From Heptranchias perlo (taxonomy: Eukaryota): DNA of 64,000 nucleotides. Below are positions 1-11,100 of the stretch, one piece after another. The stretch lies in assembly GCF_035084215.1 (NCBI RefSeq), contig NC_090340.1, positions 15,624,001 through 15,688,000 of the forward strand, read 5' to 3'. The position numbers were made by a program, and so were the translations under genes. Every line of letters starts with the position of its first letter. Position 1 is the first letter of the stretch. Under the pieces are notes generated by a model, which did no database searches, had not been told where the DNA came from, and worked only from the letters and a program-made list of their open reading frames with translations.

Positions 1-1150
1 GGCATTTGATAAAGTGCCGCACGGCAGACTTATCTTAAAGATCATGGCCCATGGAATAAAGGGGGCAGTAGCAACATGGATACAGAATTGGCTGAGGGAC
101 ATGAAATAGAAAGTAGTGGTGAACAGTTGTTTTTCAGACTGGAGGCAGGTATGCAGTAGTGTTCCCCAGGGGTCAGTGCTGGGACCACTGCTTTTCTTGA
201 TATATATTAATGACTTGGACTTGGGTGTACAGGGCACAATTTCAAAACTTGCAGATGACACAAAACTTGGAAGGGTAGTAAACAGTGAGGAGGATAGTGA
301 TAAACTTCAAGAGGATATAGACAGGCTGGTGGCATGGGCGGACACGTGGCAGATGAAATTTTATGCAGAAAAGTATCAAGTGATACATTTTCGTAGGATG
401 AAAGAGGAGAGGCAATATAGACTAGAGGGCACAATTCTAAAAGGGGTTATAGGAACAGAGAGATCTGGGGGTTTATGAGCACAAATCATTGAAGGTGGCA
501 GGGCAGGTTGAGAAAGTGGTTAAAGAAGCATACGGGATCCTGGGCTTTATAAATAGAGGCATAGAGTGCAAAAGTATGGAAGTCATGATGAACCTTTAAC
601 TGGAGTATTGTGTCCAGTTCTGGGCATCGCACTTTAGGAAAGATGTGAAGTCCTTAGAGAGAGTGCAGAAGAGATTTACTAGAATGATTCCAGGGATGAG
701 GGACTTTGTTACGTGGATAGACTGGAGAAGCTGGGGTTGTGCTCCTTGGAACAGAGAAGGTTGCGAGGAGATTTGATAGAGGTATTCAAAATCATAAAGG
801 GTCTAAACAGAGTAGATAGAGAGAAACTGTTCCCATTGGTGGAAGGGTCAAAGAGCAGAGGACATAGATTTAAGGTGATTGGTAAAAGAACCAAAGGTGA
901 CATGAGGAGAAACCTTTTTACACAGTGAGTGGTTAGGATCTGGAATGCACTGCCCGAAGGGGTGGTGGAGGCAGATTCAGCCATGGCCTTCAAAAGGGAA
1001 CTGGATAAGTACTTGAAAGGAAAAAATTTGCAGGGCTATGGAGAAAGGACGGGGGAGTGGGACTAGCTGGATTGCTCTTGCATAGAGCCGGCGTGGACTT
1101 GATGGGCCGAATGGCCTCCTTCCATAACCTTTCTATGATTTTATGATTCT
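1..1150 (+). mobile_element. CR1 LINE 3' fragment (RT and 3' UTR)
   Basis: [34 protein letters not shown]; tail ttctatgattttatgattctat. Confidence 0.92.
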
Positions 1151-1494
1151 ATATGTGTGGATCTTTCTGTGAGGACGCTGTATAGTGGATCACTGACTAT
1201 GTTTGTTGGCAGCAATCTATAAATCGATAAGGTCAGGAGAATTGTCTCTTTATATACTGCCCTCTCAACGTGAAATAGGCTACATCAAATGAGGGACCAT
1301 GTGGAAAAATTGACGATTATTTTCAGCTGTAATAGAGAATAATGCTATCTGTCAGAAAATTCTCACTGTGCGTAATGTCATCCAGTATATTAGATTATAC
1401 ATTTGAAAGGAACAATGGACATGTTATAGAAGAAGACACCACTAGGAAAATTAGCACAAGAAATAGAAAGAAAAAAGAAAGAAGGTAAAAGAAA

Positions 1495-1710
1495 GAACTT
1501 GTATTGATATAGCTCAATTCACAACCTCAGGACATCCCAAAGTGCTTTACAGCCAACAAAGTACTTTTGAAGTGTATTCACTGTTGTAATGTAGGAAACA
1601 TGGCAGCCATGTCGCATACAGCAATGTCCCGCAAATAGCAATATTATAATGACCAGATAATTAGTGATGTTGGTTGAGGGGTAAATATTGGCCAGAACAC
1701 CGGCAATATG
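1495..1710 (-). mobile_element. Deu-domain SINE fragment
   Basis: Reverse complement matches the 3' half of the SINE at 23260-23680. Confidence 0.6.
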
Positions 1711-2159
1711 ATGCAGGATTATGCTCTGAGGAACCTCTCTCTCTCCTTTTCACTCACATAGTTACTTTCAAGGAAACAAGAGAAATAACGGGCTACTACC
1801 AGTGTCCTCATGTACCACGGCTGGCTGCCACAGCCCTAGAGATGGTATGTAAACATTAGTGATGTCAGATTAATTGGAACTCAGGATCCAGAAGTGCAAC
1901 TCCGATGCGTGCTGGGATGACACTCCAATTGCAGGTTGCAGACACAGTGTAAATGTAGTCCTATATAGTTGGGGGGGGGGCGGTGGTCAGAAGTGCAGAG
2001 TAGAGAGATGGGGACAGGGCTGAAATTCTTGCTATCAAGGCAGGAAAATGGAAACAGAAGGAAAAGGCTGAATTGATCTTCCCTCCAGGGGCTAATACAA
2101 AGAAATAAATTGCTGGGGAATTTTACTAACTGTCCCTTGCCTATGGATAAAATTTATAT

Positions 2160-3280
2160 GGATGTTATTTATATGGACTTCCACAAGGTTCCACATAAGA
2201 GACTGTTAACAAAAATGAGAGCGCATGGAATTGGAGGCAACCTATTGGCTTGGATAGAGAATTGCTGAGGACGTAGGAGACAGAGAGTAGGGATAATGGG
2301 TATGAACTCAAATTGGCAGGATGTGACAAGTGGTGTCCCCCAGGGATCTGTACTGGGGCTGCAGCTTTTCACTATCTTTATAAATGACTTGGTTGAAGGA
2401 ATAGAGAGCCATATATCTAAGTTTTGCTGATGACATTAAGTTAGGTGGCACAGTAAAGAGTGTAGATGGGAGCAGAAAGTTGTAAAGGTACATTGATAGA
2501 TTAAGTGAGTGGACAAAACTGTAACAGACCGAGTTCAATGTGGGGAAGTGTGAGGTTATCCATTTTAGACCTAAGAAAGATCAGAGTATTTTCTAAATGG
2601 CGAGAAGCTAGGAACTGTGGATGAGCAGAGATTTAGTGGTCCAAGTAAAGAAATCACTAAAAGCTGGTGGGCAGGTACAAAAAAACATGTAAAAGGCTAA
2701 TGGCCTTTACCTCAAGAGAGCTGAAATACAAAAGGTGGAAATGATGTTACAGCTGTACAGATCTCTGGTTAGACCCCATCTGAAGTACTGCATTCAGTTC
2801 TGGGTACTGCACCTCTGGAAAGATATATTGACCTTGGAGGAGGTGCACTGCAGATTCACCAGGATACCGGGATAAAAGGACAGGCTGAATAGACTAGGCT
2901 TATATTCCCTTGAATATAGATGATTAAGGGGTTATCTAATTGAAGTGCTTAAGATGATTAAAGGATTTGATAGGGTGTTTAGACAGAAACTATTTCCTCT
3001 GGTGGAGAGTCCAGAACAAGGGGGCATAATCCTAAAATTAGAGCGAGGCCATTCAGGGGTGATGTCAGAAAGCACCTTCACACAAAGGGCCATGGAAATC
3101 TGGAATTATCTCCCTCAAAAAGCTGTTGAGATTAGGTCACTTGAAAATGTCAAAACTGAGATTGATAGATTTTTGTTAGGCAAGGATATTAAGGGTTAAA
3201 GAACTAAGCCATGATCTAATTGTGTGGCAGAATTGGCTTGACTGGCTGAATGGCCTACTCCTCTTCCTATGTTACTATGT
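2160..3280 (+). mobile_element. CR1 LINE 3' fragment, degraded
   Basis: [16 protein letters not shown] and FADD remnants; CR1-type 3' UTR. Confidence 0.85.
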
Positions 3281-3434
3281 ACTTTTTTGGGCATAAAAAG
3301 GTCAACCTGATCTTCAGTGCTATTTAAACCCAGGAAGTAAGATGACCTTTTGGAGGAGCCAGTGTGAATCAGCTCTCAAACTCTATGCGCTCTCGAGAGC
3401 AATTGACTCTGTTGAACTCACCATGACAGCAGCA

Positions 3435-3990
3435 ACAATTTGCATTGATACACCCCCTTTAACATAGAAAAGCATCCAGCAGGGACTCCACAGAGGCGTG
3501 AGGAAAATAGATACCCATACAAAGAAGGAACGATTAGGAACACTGACCATAAGCTTGGTCAAAGGGTTGGGTTTTAAAGAGGATCTTAAAGCAGGAGAGG
3601 GAAATGGAGAGATGGAGGGGTTTAGGGAGGGAATTTCAGAGCATAAGACCCAGACTGCTGAAGACACAGTGGAGTGAAGTGAGGGGCGATTCACAAGAGG
3701 CCAGATTTGCAGGAATGGAGAACCTAAGGAGTAGGGCTGCAGGGTGTTACAGAGCTGGGAAGGGGCAAAGCCATGGAGAAATTTAAATGCAAGGTTGAGA
3801 ATTTACAACTTCAAGTGTTTGGAACCAGGAGCCAATGTATGTCAGCGAGGGCAGGGATGTTAGGTGATGGGGACTTGATGTGAGATTGTACATGGGTTGC
3901 AGAGTTTTGGAGAACATTGGAATAGTTGAGTCTGGATGTAAAAGAGGCATGAATGAGGATTTCAGCAAAGGTGGGCTGAGATAGGGGACA
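3435..3990 (-). mobile_element. L2-like LINE 3' fragment
   Basis: Shares the ctctgaaattccctccctaaacc...ctttaagatcctctttaaaacc 3' end with copies at 11319, 27510 and 50530. Confidence 0.65.
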
Positions 3991-4604
3991 TTTATACTGA
4001 AGCTACTGTATGAAAATATTTGAGACTCATAGCTGTGATTTGGGTTTCAGCCAGACAGCGCTCCACTACATTGCTTGACTCCTTCCTGGCTGTAGCCTTA
4101 ACTTTCTTGGTGGGGGAAAGTTCTGCACATGTCTGGATATATACAAGTGCCCAGCTGCCTCACAAAAGTTAGAAATGTAAATTCTTGGAGAATGCAGAGG
4201 GGAGAATCTCTGCTCTCCAAACATTTAAATTAAGGTCAGATATGTTGTGTCCAAAGGGCCAACGGACTCTGTGAATCATTTGTATAGCAGGAGTGAACAC
4301 AGCAGTAGATTTAGACTACATGCAGTGTCAAACTGTGGAAGTGGTTTCAAACTATCACCTCCAGGAAGTCTCACACCACTTTGTTCTGGATTCCAGTGGG
4401 GTCCTGGCTCTGGATTTACATTGGGAAGTGGAAATAGCTTTCCATGGAAAATCAACTTGCAGCGTAATGCTGTAACGCTAACCATCACCCTAGGACCGAC
4501 CCATCATAATATGTGTAACATTTAACTCTCTAACTTCCAGAATTGCTTGGTAAATTCCAAACCTTCATCAAGTTTGCAGGTTTTCAGATATGCCATGTGA
4601 TGAA

Positions 4605-5000
4605 AGAAAGAATGCATTCATATAGCACCTTATTACCTCTCTTAAGAACTGTCCCAAATGGCTCACACTGATTATTTTGAAATAGGCAAACCTGGAAGCA
4701 AATTTGTACACAGCAAGATCCCACTAACAGCAGTACAATAAAATAAACAACTTGCATTTGTACAGCGCTTTTCACGACCTCTGGAAATTCCAAAAGCTTC
4801 ACAACCAATACAGTACTTTTGAAGTGTTGTCACTGTTGTAAAGTAGGGAAACACGGCAGGCAATTAGCGAACTGAAAGGTCCCACAAATAGCAACGAGAT
4901 AAAACACCAGATAATCTGCATTTAGTGGTGTTGGTTGAGTGAAGAATGTTGGCCAGGACACTGGGAGAACTCTACGTGGCATGGGATCTTTTAGGTCCAA
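4605..5000 (-). mobile_element. Deu-domain SINE fragments (two adjacent 3' ends)
   Basis: Reverse complement contains aaagatcccatg...ctcccagtgtcctggccaacatt...cctcaaccaacacc and the L2-like tail gcgctgtacaaatgcaag. Confidence 0.65.
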
Positions 5001-7148
5001 TAGAACAGACCGAGAGGTGGAATGAATGTGGACCAGTGATACGTTGGCAATAAAACTGCTCAGAAGTGGCTTTATTGCCGCAATATCAACACTAAACTAT
5101 CAAAATAATCACTTAAATTAAAATAAAAGGTGAAACTCTTTAATTATGATCCCTGTGATCACTTTTCCCAATCCTGTCATTTATTTTCCTATTTATTAAT
5201 TTTAAATTGTCCCTCTCAGATTGTGTTAAAATTGTAAGTAACTCATTGTAGTAGTCTTCCGGGGATTTAAGAACATAGCAATGTAGAGGAAAGGAAGGGA
5301 ACATTGAGTCTGTCCCAAAATTAAAAATAATCCCTCTCTATCGCGTATAACCCCCAATCCTTTCATCAAAAAAACAATTCACTGTTGTGGTGCTTCTTAT
5401 AGATGGATCCGATTAATCATTCACAGTGCAGCAAAATGTTCAAGCCAGCCTCATACACCACACTCGTTTCCAGTTTACCTTCCAAAAAATATCGTGGAAC
5501 TGACGTTGAACTTAAAACCGACTCCATCTGCGTTTCTTCTGGATGTTACAAGTAACCCTGATGTGCTCTCGATGTGTTAGTTCTGACCAGTTCGTAAACC
5601 CGTGTACAAACACCACGTTTACGAATTCAATAAAACTACCGCACAGAGGAAAATATCGGGCTGCTTGTCTCCATGTCAGTCTCCCTTCTTTGTTTTAGCC
5701 AATTCTATAATGGGGCTGTACCCCCGACTGCGCGGAAGTGTTCTGCCTTCGAACTAGGGGCTAGACTGTGACTCTTGTCTTTTAATCTGTAAGATGCTGC
5801 GGGGTCATTAATGTACTTCCAGCATTTTATATTTAATTTCATGTTTCCAACATTCAGGATTTTTATTTTCATCAATCCACATTTTCTGTTGGGTGAGATC
5901 TTAATTATTGATTAAGGGCCTATTCTTGCGTCATTTACTATTTAGTAACACGCTGCAAGCTTTTCTAACGGAGTATTATTTTTGCACGTCTCATGCAGCC
6001 TAAGTCTTCTTCCTCAGGATTTCAAGAGCAGTCGCGAGAAACTGCGGCACTCACTCGGGTCGGTGTTGTGGGGCTTTCCCCCTACTCTAATGATGGCCCT
6101 CGTGAATTTATCAGAAGTTATTCATTCTAAATCCCGCGGGGATAACAAATTCGTATTTAGGCGCGAAGAATTGGCCAATTGCTGGGCTTCAATGAGGGAG
6201 GACAGTTAAGGTGGGCAATCATTTTTCACCAATGAAACTGCTACCACAAGTTCGCTCCTTCAAACAAGCCGGAGTAAATATGAATACTCTATCTGTTGTA
6301 TTACACTATCATATAGCTCGCAGCTATAGTGAATTTTCATATTTATATGTTGCTAACCCGCAGCAATGAGTGTTGTTTAAAAGTATGACATCTAGCACTG
6401 TGTTCCTGTGTTAGCTCAGCTATTCTTATGTTCACCACAGACGGTTGCCGCCCACGCCTGCCCTACCCAAGTCAACCTAGATATTGAGAGGGATAAACCT
6501 CTGGCATTTGGGGTGGAAGTGAGTGACAGCCTCGCCCGCCCTGCTCTCACCAAAGGTTCGTGGAGCTCAATTGGACGGCAGTTAGGAGCGGGAATTCTCA
6601 CTGATTTTCCTTCCCCTCCTGGCTCAGATCAGCTAACTCGGCACGAAGCAGATTTGGAAACTTGAACCTGCACCAAGCAGAATGCAGTGAATCACGGGCC
6701 TCACTTTCATTGAAACCTCCTTTCTCTTTGTAATCAGTAAAATTCGTTCTAGTCAGTTTCTCCGCACGGTTCCATCTGCATTTATCACCAAACACACTAT
6801 AGGTATCGTGCATATTCCTTGTTGCAATTCAAGCCTGCTGGATGGATGGCTGTAACCATGTGGATGTTAGTCCCACATTTCATCACTGGCTTGCGTGAAG
6901 CTAAAATTGGTCTCAACAGCTCTGGGCTGAGGAGAGGGAGATGAGCAGGGTTTCCAATCTTAATTGCTATTCCAGTGACATGGTGCGTGGAGGCTGGGTG
7001 AGATCGCACTGGGTGCCGAGGACAGAATATTTGCCTATTCTCACTGTCTACACTCCTGCATGATGTGGAGATGCTGGTGATGGACTGGGGTGGACAAATG
7101 TAAGGAGTCGTACAACACCAGGTTATAGTCCAACAGCTTTATTTGAAA

Positions 7149-7185
7149 TCACAAGCTTTCAGAGCTCTGCTCCTTCATCAGGTGA
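7149..7185 (-). ncRNA. Minimal hammerhead ribozyme motif, inverted copy
   Basis: Reverse complement reads tcac-CTGATGA-a-GGAGC-aga-GCTCT-GAAA-gc-TT-gtga. Confidence 0.62.
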
Positions 7186-7630
7186 GTGCAGGGTTCCATA
7201 AAGACACAGCATATATAGTCAGAGAACAATGCCTGGTGATTACATTACACACGACAATGCAAAATCGTCGAGCAGAAATTGATAGCCAAGTTCTGCACCC
7301 ATGAGGACGGCCTCAACCGGGATCTTGGGTTCATGTCACGCTACTTGTAACCCCACCAGCGAAAAAAAGTTATCTGTTTTTAATACAACTGGTCATTCTC
7401 TCTCTCTCTCTGCCTTTCGGGTCTCTCTCTCTCTCTGTCTTTGTGATCTGACCGCTTGTGTATTCAGTATTCTTGGATGTAATGTTTCCCTGTCTGAACA
7501 CCATCCAATCCTTTGATTGCTGTGATTATTTCTCTGCCGAGGTGTGATAATAGGCAGTTGGAAAGATTATCTGTAATCATCAGGCATTGTTCTCTGACTA
7601 TATATGTTGTGCCTTTATGGAACCCTGCAC

Positions 7631-7667
7631 TCACCTGACGAAGGAGCAAAGCTCCGAAAGCTCGTGA
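7631..7667 (+). ncRNA. Minimal type I hammerhead ribozyme motif in Penelope pLTR
   Basis: tcac-CTGACGA-a-GGAGC-aaa-GCTCC-GAAA-gc-TC-gtga: stem I tcac/gtga, both core boxes, 5-bp stem II, minimal stem III with palindromic AGCT. Confidence 0.7.
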
Positions 7668-8088
7668 TTTCAAATAAAGCTGTTGGACTATAACCTGGTG
7701 TTGTACGACTCCTGCATGAAGAAGGGTTCTTTAGAGGAGGTGTTCCAGCCTGCGGCCTGTATCGTCACTTTCAGGATTGAGAAGAGGGGCAAAGGTAGGT
7801 GTTTAATAGAGAAGATTGTTGGAACGAAGTGCCCGGAAACAGCTGGAAAGTCATTGCTCCTCAGATGGAAACTTTTCAGCCGGGAGTTAGGAGGGGACCC
7901 GGCTCTTATTCACCCACACTCCCACGCAGAGGTATAACCTGAGCCTAATACGCTGCTTTAGTCATGTGATAGCTCATGTCGTGGTCAGACATTTCATATA
8001 TTTACCGATGAAATCCATTTTTCACCCAAACCACTGAGGATACAATTCTCAATTACAGCAAGTGGCCAACTAACTTTTTATTTGCAAC

Positions 8089-8143
8089 ATGCCCGTGAGT
8101 ACTGCACTTCAGTACATGGCTCTTCTGAGCGTGATTTGGCCAG
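8089..8143 (+). CDS. IgSF receptor exon 1, signal peptide
   Basis: MPVSTALQYMALLSVIWP+G, hydrophobic leader, phase-1 donor CAG|gtacca as typical for IgSF leader exons. Confidence 0.75.
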
Positions 8144-11100
8144 GTACCATCAGTTGTTATATGCTGGGGTTTCTGACTAGCAAATCCTATTTTAGAAAAG
8201 ATCCTACAACTGTTATGCACTGCAAAGTTAGATATTGTGCTTCTCCGATTCAGTTGTTGTTGTTCCTTTCTTAATTGTTCTTTTATTTTACCTCTTAATT
8301 ATTTTTCTTTATCTGATGTATACGACTGTTATCACCGTTCTTGTTTATTTTTTGATAGACGTCGGAGTAACTTCGAGCAAAGTGGATCAATTCCCGAAAC
8401 ACGTGAATGTTGCTAGAGGTGCAAATGTTTCCTTGTTCTGCACTTTTCCCCTATTTCAAGATGCTCCCGATGTTGTTTGGTGGAGACAGGGCGAGAATAA
8501 GTTCCTGGAACCAGAAAACAGAAAGCAATTTAATGTCAAAAAGGGAAGTGGTTCCTTTGATGTTGTGAATGTGAGTATCGAAGACACCGGAATGTATTAC
8601 TGTAAAGTAAAACATCAGGAAAAAACTATTGGAGATGGAGCTGGCTCCCTGATTACTGTGTACGGTAAGTGTCATTGTACGGAGGAGTGGGAGAGTTTCG
8701 GCTGTGTGCGATATATTTAAAACTCAATAGTGGGGGTAATTTTAACTTTTATCACTGGACGAAAATCTGGTGATAGCGAATTCGTTTTACACTTCTCCCG
8801 ATTGTCTTTTCCATTGACCCCTGCCGGTTAGCGCTACTGCCCAGAATCAGTTTCACACACTTCGTTGTCCTCAGGATATTCCTTAGCGCTTTACATCCAA
8901 TTAGTAATTTTGAAGTGCAGAAACAATTGTTATCGAGGCAAAATACTGAGATAAATGTTTAAATCTAGGCTTGAAATTAACAACTAGGATTAGATGGCCA
9001 GATTCCTTCTCACTAAAATAGCGGAGCCAAGGAGCGACAATAATTTTAACACCTACTGGGTCAGGTCTTTTATACAACACTAAAGGCCATCTACTCCGCC
9101 CCAACAAGGTGCCTTCATCACAAACTCAGAAGAACAATGTCCTGTTACAACCCTGGTTATTCTCACACACCAGATAAACTTTTAGCCCCACTGCTTGAAA
9201 TTGCCAATCAACTTTCTGTATTGAATTGTCCGCAATATGGAATTCTCTCCTCCAGAAGGCTGTGAATGGTGGGACAACTGACGCTTTCAAGACTGAGATG
9301 GAATTGTGACCCCTGGTCCTCTCTAACCTATTTAATTGGAACAAACTGTTGACTGGAACACAGTCTATTCCTTTCATCATCTTATAATTCTCAATCAGAT
9401 CACCCAAGTCTACGCTTCTCTAAAGTGTAGAGTCCCAGCTCTTTCAGCCTATCTTGATAACTAAGATGCTTTAAACTGGGAATTAATCTTGTGGCCGTCC
9501 CTCTGCACCCTTTCCAAAACCTCAATATCACCCACCATGTGAGGAGACTAAAACTGGACACAATATTCCAACTGAGGCCTGACCAAGTCTTGCACAAGGA
9601 CAAAATAGTCTGCTTTGTTTTATAGTCAATTGCCCTATAAATGCACCCCAACACCTTATTTGTTCTCAAAAGCAAAATGCTAAAAATCTGAAATAAAAAC
9701 AGAAAATGCTGGAGAAGCTCAGCAAGTCGGGCAGCATCTGTGGAGAAAGAAACAGAGTTAGCGTTTCAGGTCGATGACCTTTGGTCAGAACCTTATTTGC
9801 TGTAGCTATCGCTTCAGGCAAAACGTGTTCAACAGACCGAATAGACTAAAGGGCAAAAACCCTAGAATTATATAAGAAATACACTGTGAGTTAGGATTTC
9901 CCATTCGGTTTCCCTCAGCTGTATGGATGTTGTGATCTACACTGCGATACATAATTACCAACACAGCCCTTTCATGACGTGAAAAATATTCCAGTCCCCG
10001 GTTCCCGCTCTGGAGAAAGTTCCTTTGGTGAAAGCTGCTCGATCTGAAATCTCCATCACAGACACGTAATCAATTGTAATGCACGAATTCTAATCCATAC
10101 ATACAATAGCCTCCTGTCTGCGGTCTATGTAGACATCAGAGATATTTCGATATATTGTATACATGTTGGTAAGAATTCTTCTTCTCAATGTTCACTGTTA
10201 ATATAGAATATGTTTGCAACGGACGAAATATCCGAAAAACGACCAATTTTGAACTAAACACACGCAATGTTTAATAATCCAAAGATTATTACTGAATTAC
10301 AAGAAACGATTCCGCTGTTCCGTACGGACTGGGTTGCGCTCTCATCGATATATTTTGACAGGAACCTCACTCCCGCTGCCAGCTCCAGTCCCGCGCCAGG
10401 ATCTGATATCTCCATTTAGAACAGTGACCTTCTCTGTGTTTGCAATACATCCCGTGTCAATTTGATTTGCGCCGTAAAACAATTCATAAAATAAATGCAA
10501 AAACAAAGTTTAAAAAACCACAGCGCGGATAACTAATGTGACAGGAGGACTATAGCACATAACGAGGGTAAGCAAATAAGAGCGTGTTGCTTTAAATTGA
10601 AAAACAAACTGATCAACATAATATTTTTTTCTCTGTTAAAGTTCCCCCAACCCCCCTGGAAATCGCTCTTATTGAAGGGATTTCATCGGCTTCTCTGAAA
10701 CTCGAGTGTAAAACGGCTGCCTTTTACCCGGAGCATTTAGGAATCTCCTGGCGAAGAGATGGTGTCGACATTCTGACCGGAATAGAAACTGTGAAAAATA
10801 GGACCGCCAAAGGACTATACGAGGTTTCCAGTTTTTTGGAAGAAGTACGGCCTGCCCGGAGCGGGGTTGTTTATACCTGTTTGGTATCTCATGTCTCTCT
10901 TGTGGTGCCCGCCGGTGTCAGCTACACCTTTAAAGGTAAGATTGGAAACATTTACAGCAGGGAACGGGGGGGCTGCTCCAACCTGTATTCACTTATCAGA
11001 CATGTCGCTGGACAGCTGTTCAAACTCGAGGATATGGAGTGAGTGTGAAGCGTATTCACTCTCAAAGTCACATCAACGGAAACGAAATGAAAACATTCAA

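Larger units (their letters stand above)
7064..7713 (+). mobile_element. Penelope-like retroelement, 5'-truncated, with inverted pseudo-LTRs
   Basis: Inverted arms about 7103-7244 and 7572-7713. GIY-YIG C-terminal remnant TRQCKIVEQKLIAKFCTHEDGLNRDLGFMSRYL* at about 7249-7350. 12-bp target duplication actcctgcatga at 7052-7063 and 7708-7719. Confidence 0.85.

Noticed and set aside
8235-8358. Hydrophobic N-terminus of ORF 8235-8720 as a signal or TM segment
   Set aside because: It is the T-rich intron 1 pyrimidine tract read in frame; the real leader is exon 8089-8143.
8600-10640. Possible RAG recombination signals or J segments for the V exon
   Set aside because: The J-like strand is already inside the V exon and I found no heptamer-spacer-nonamer; cacagtg hits at about 921, 1943 and 5422 lack a nonamer at 12 or 23 bp.
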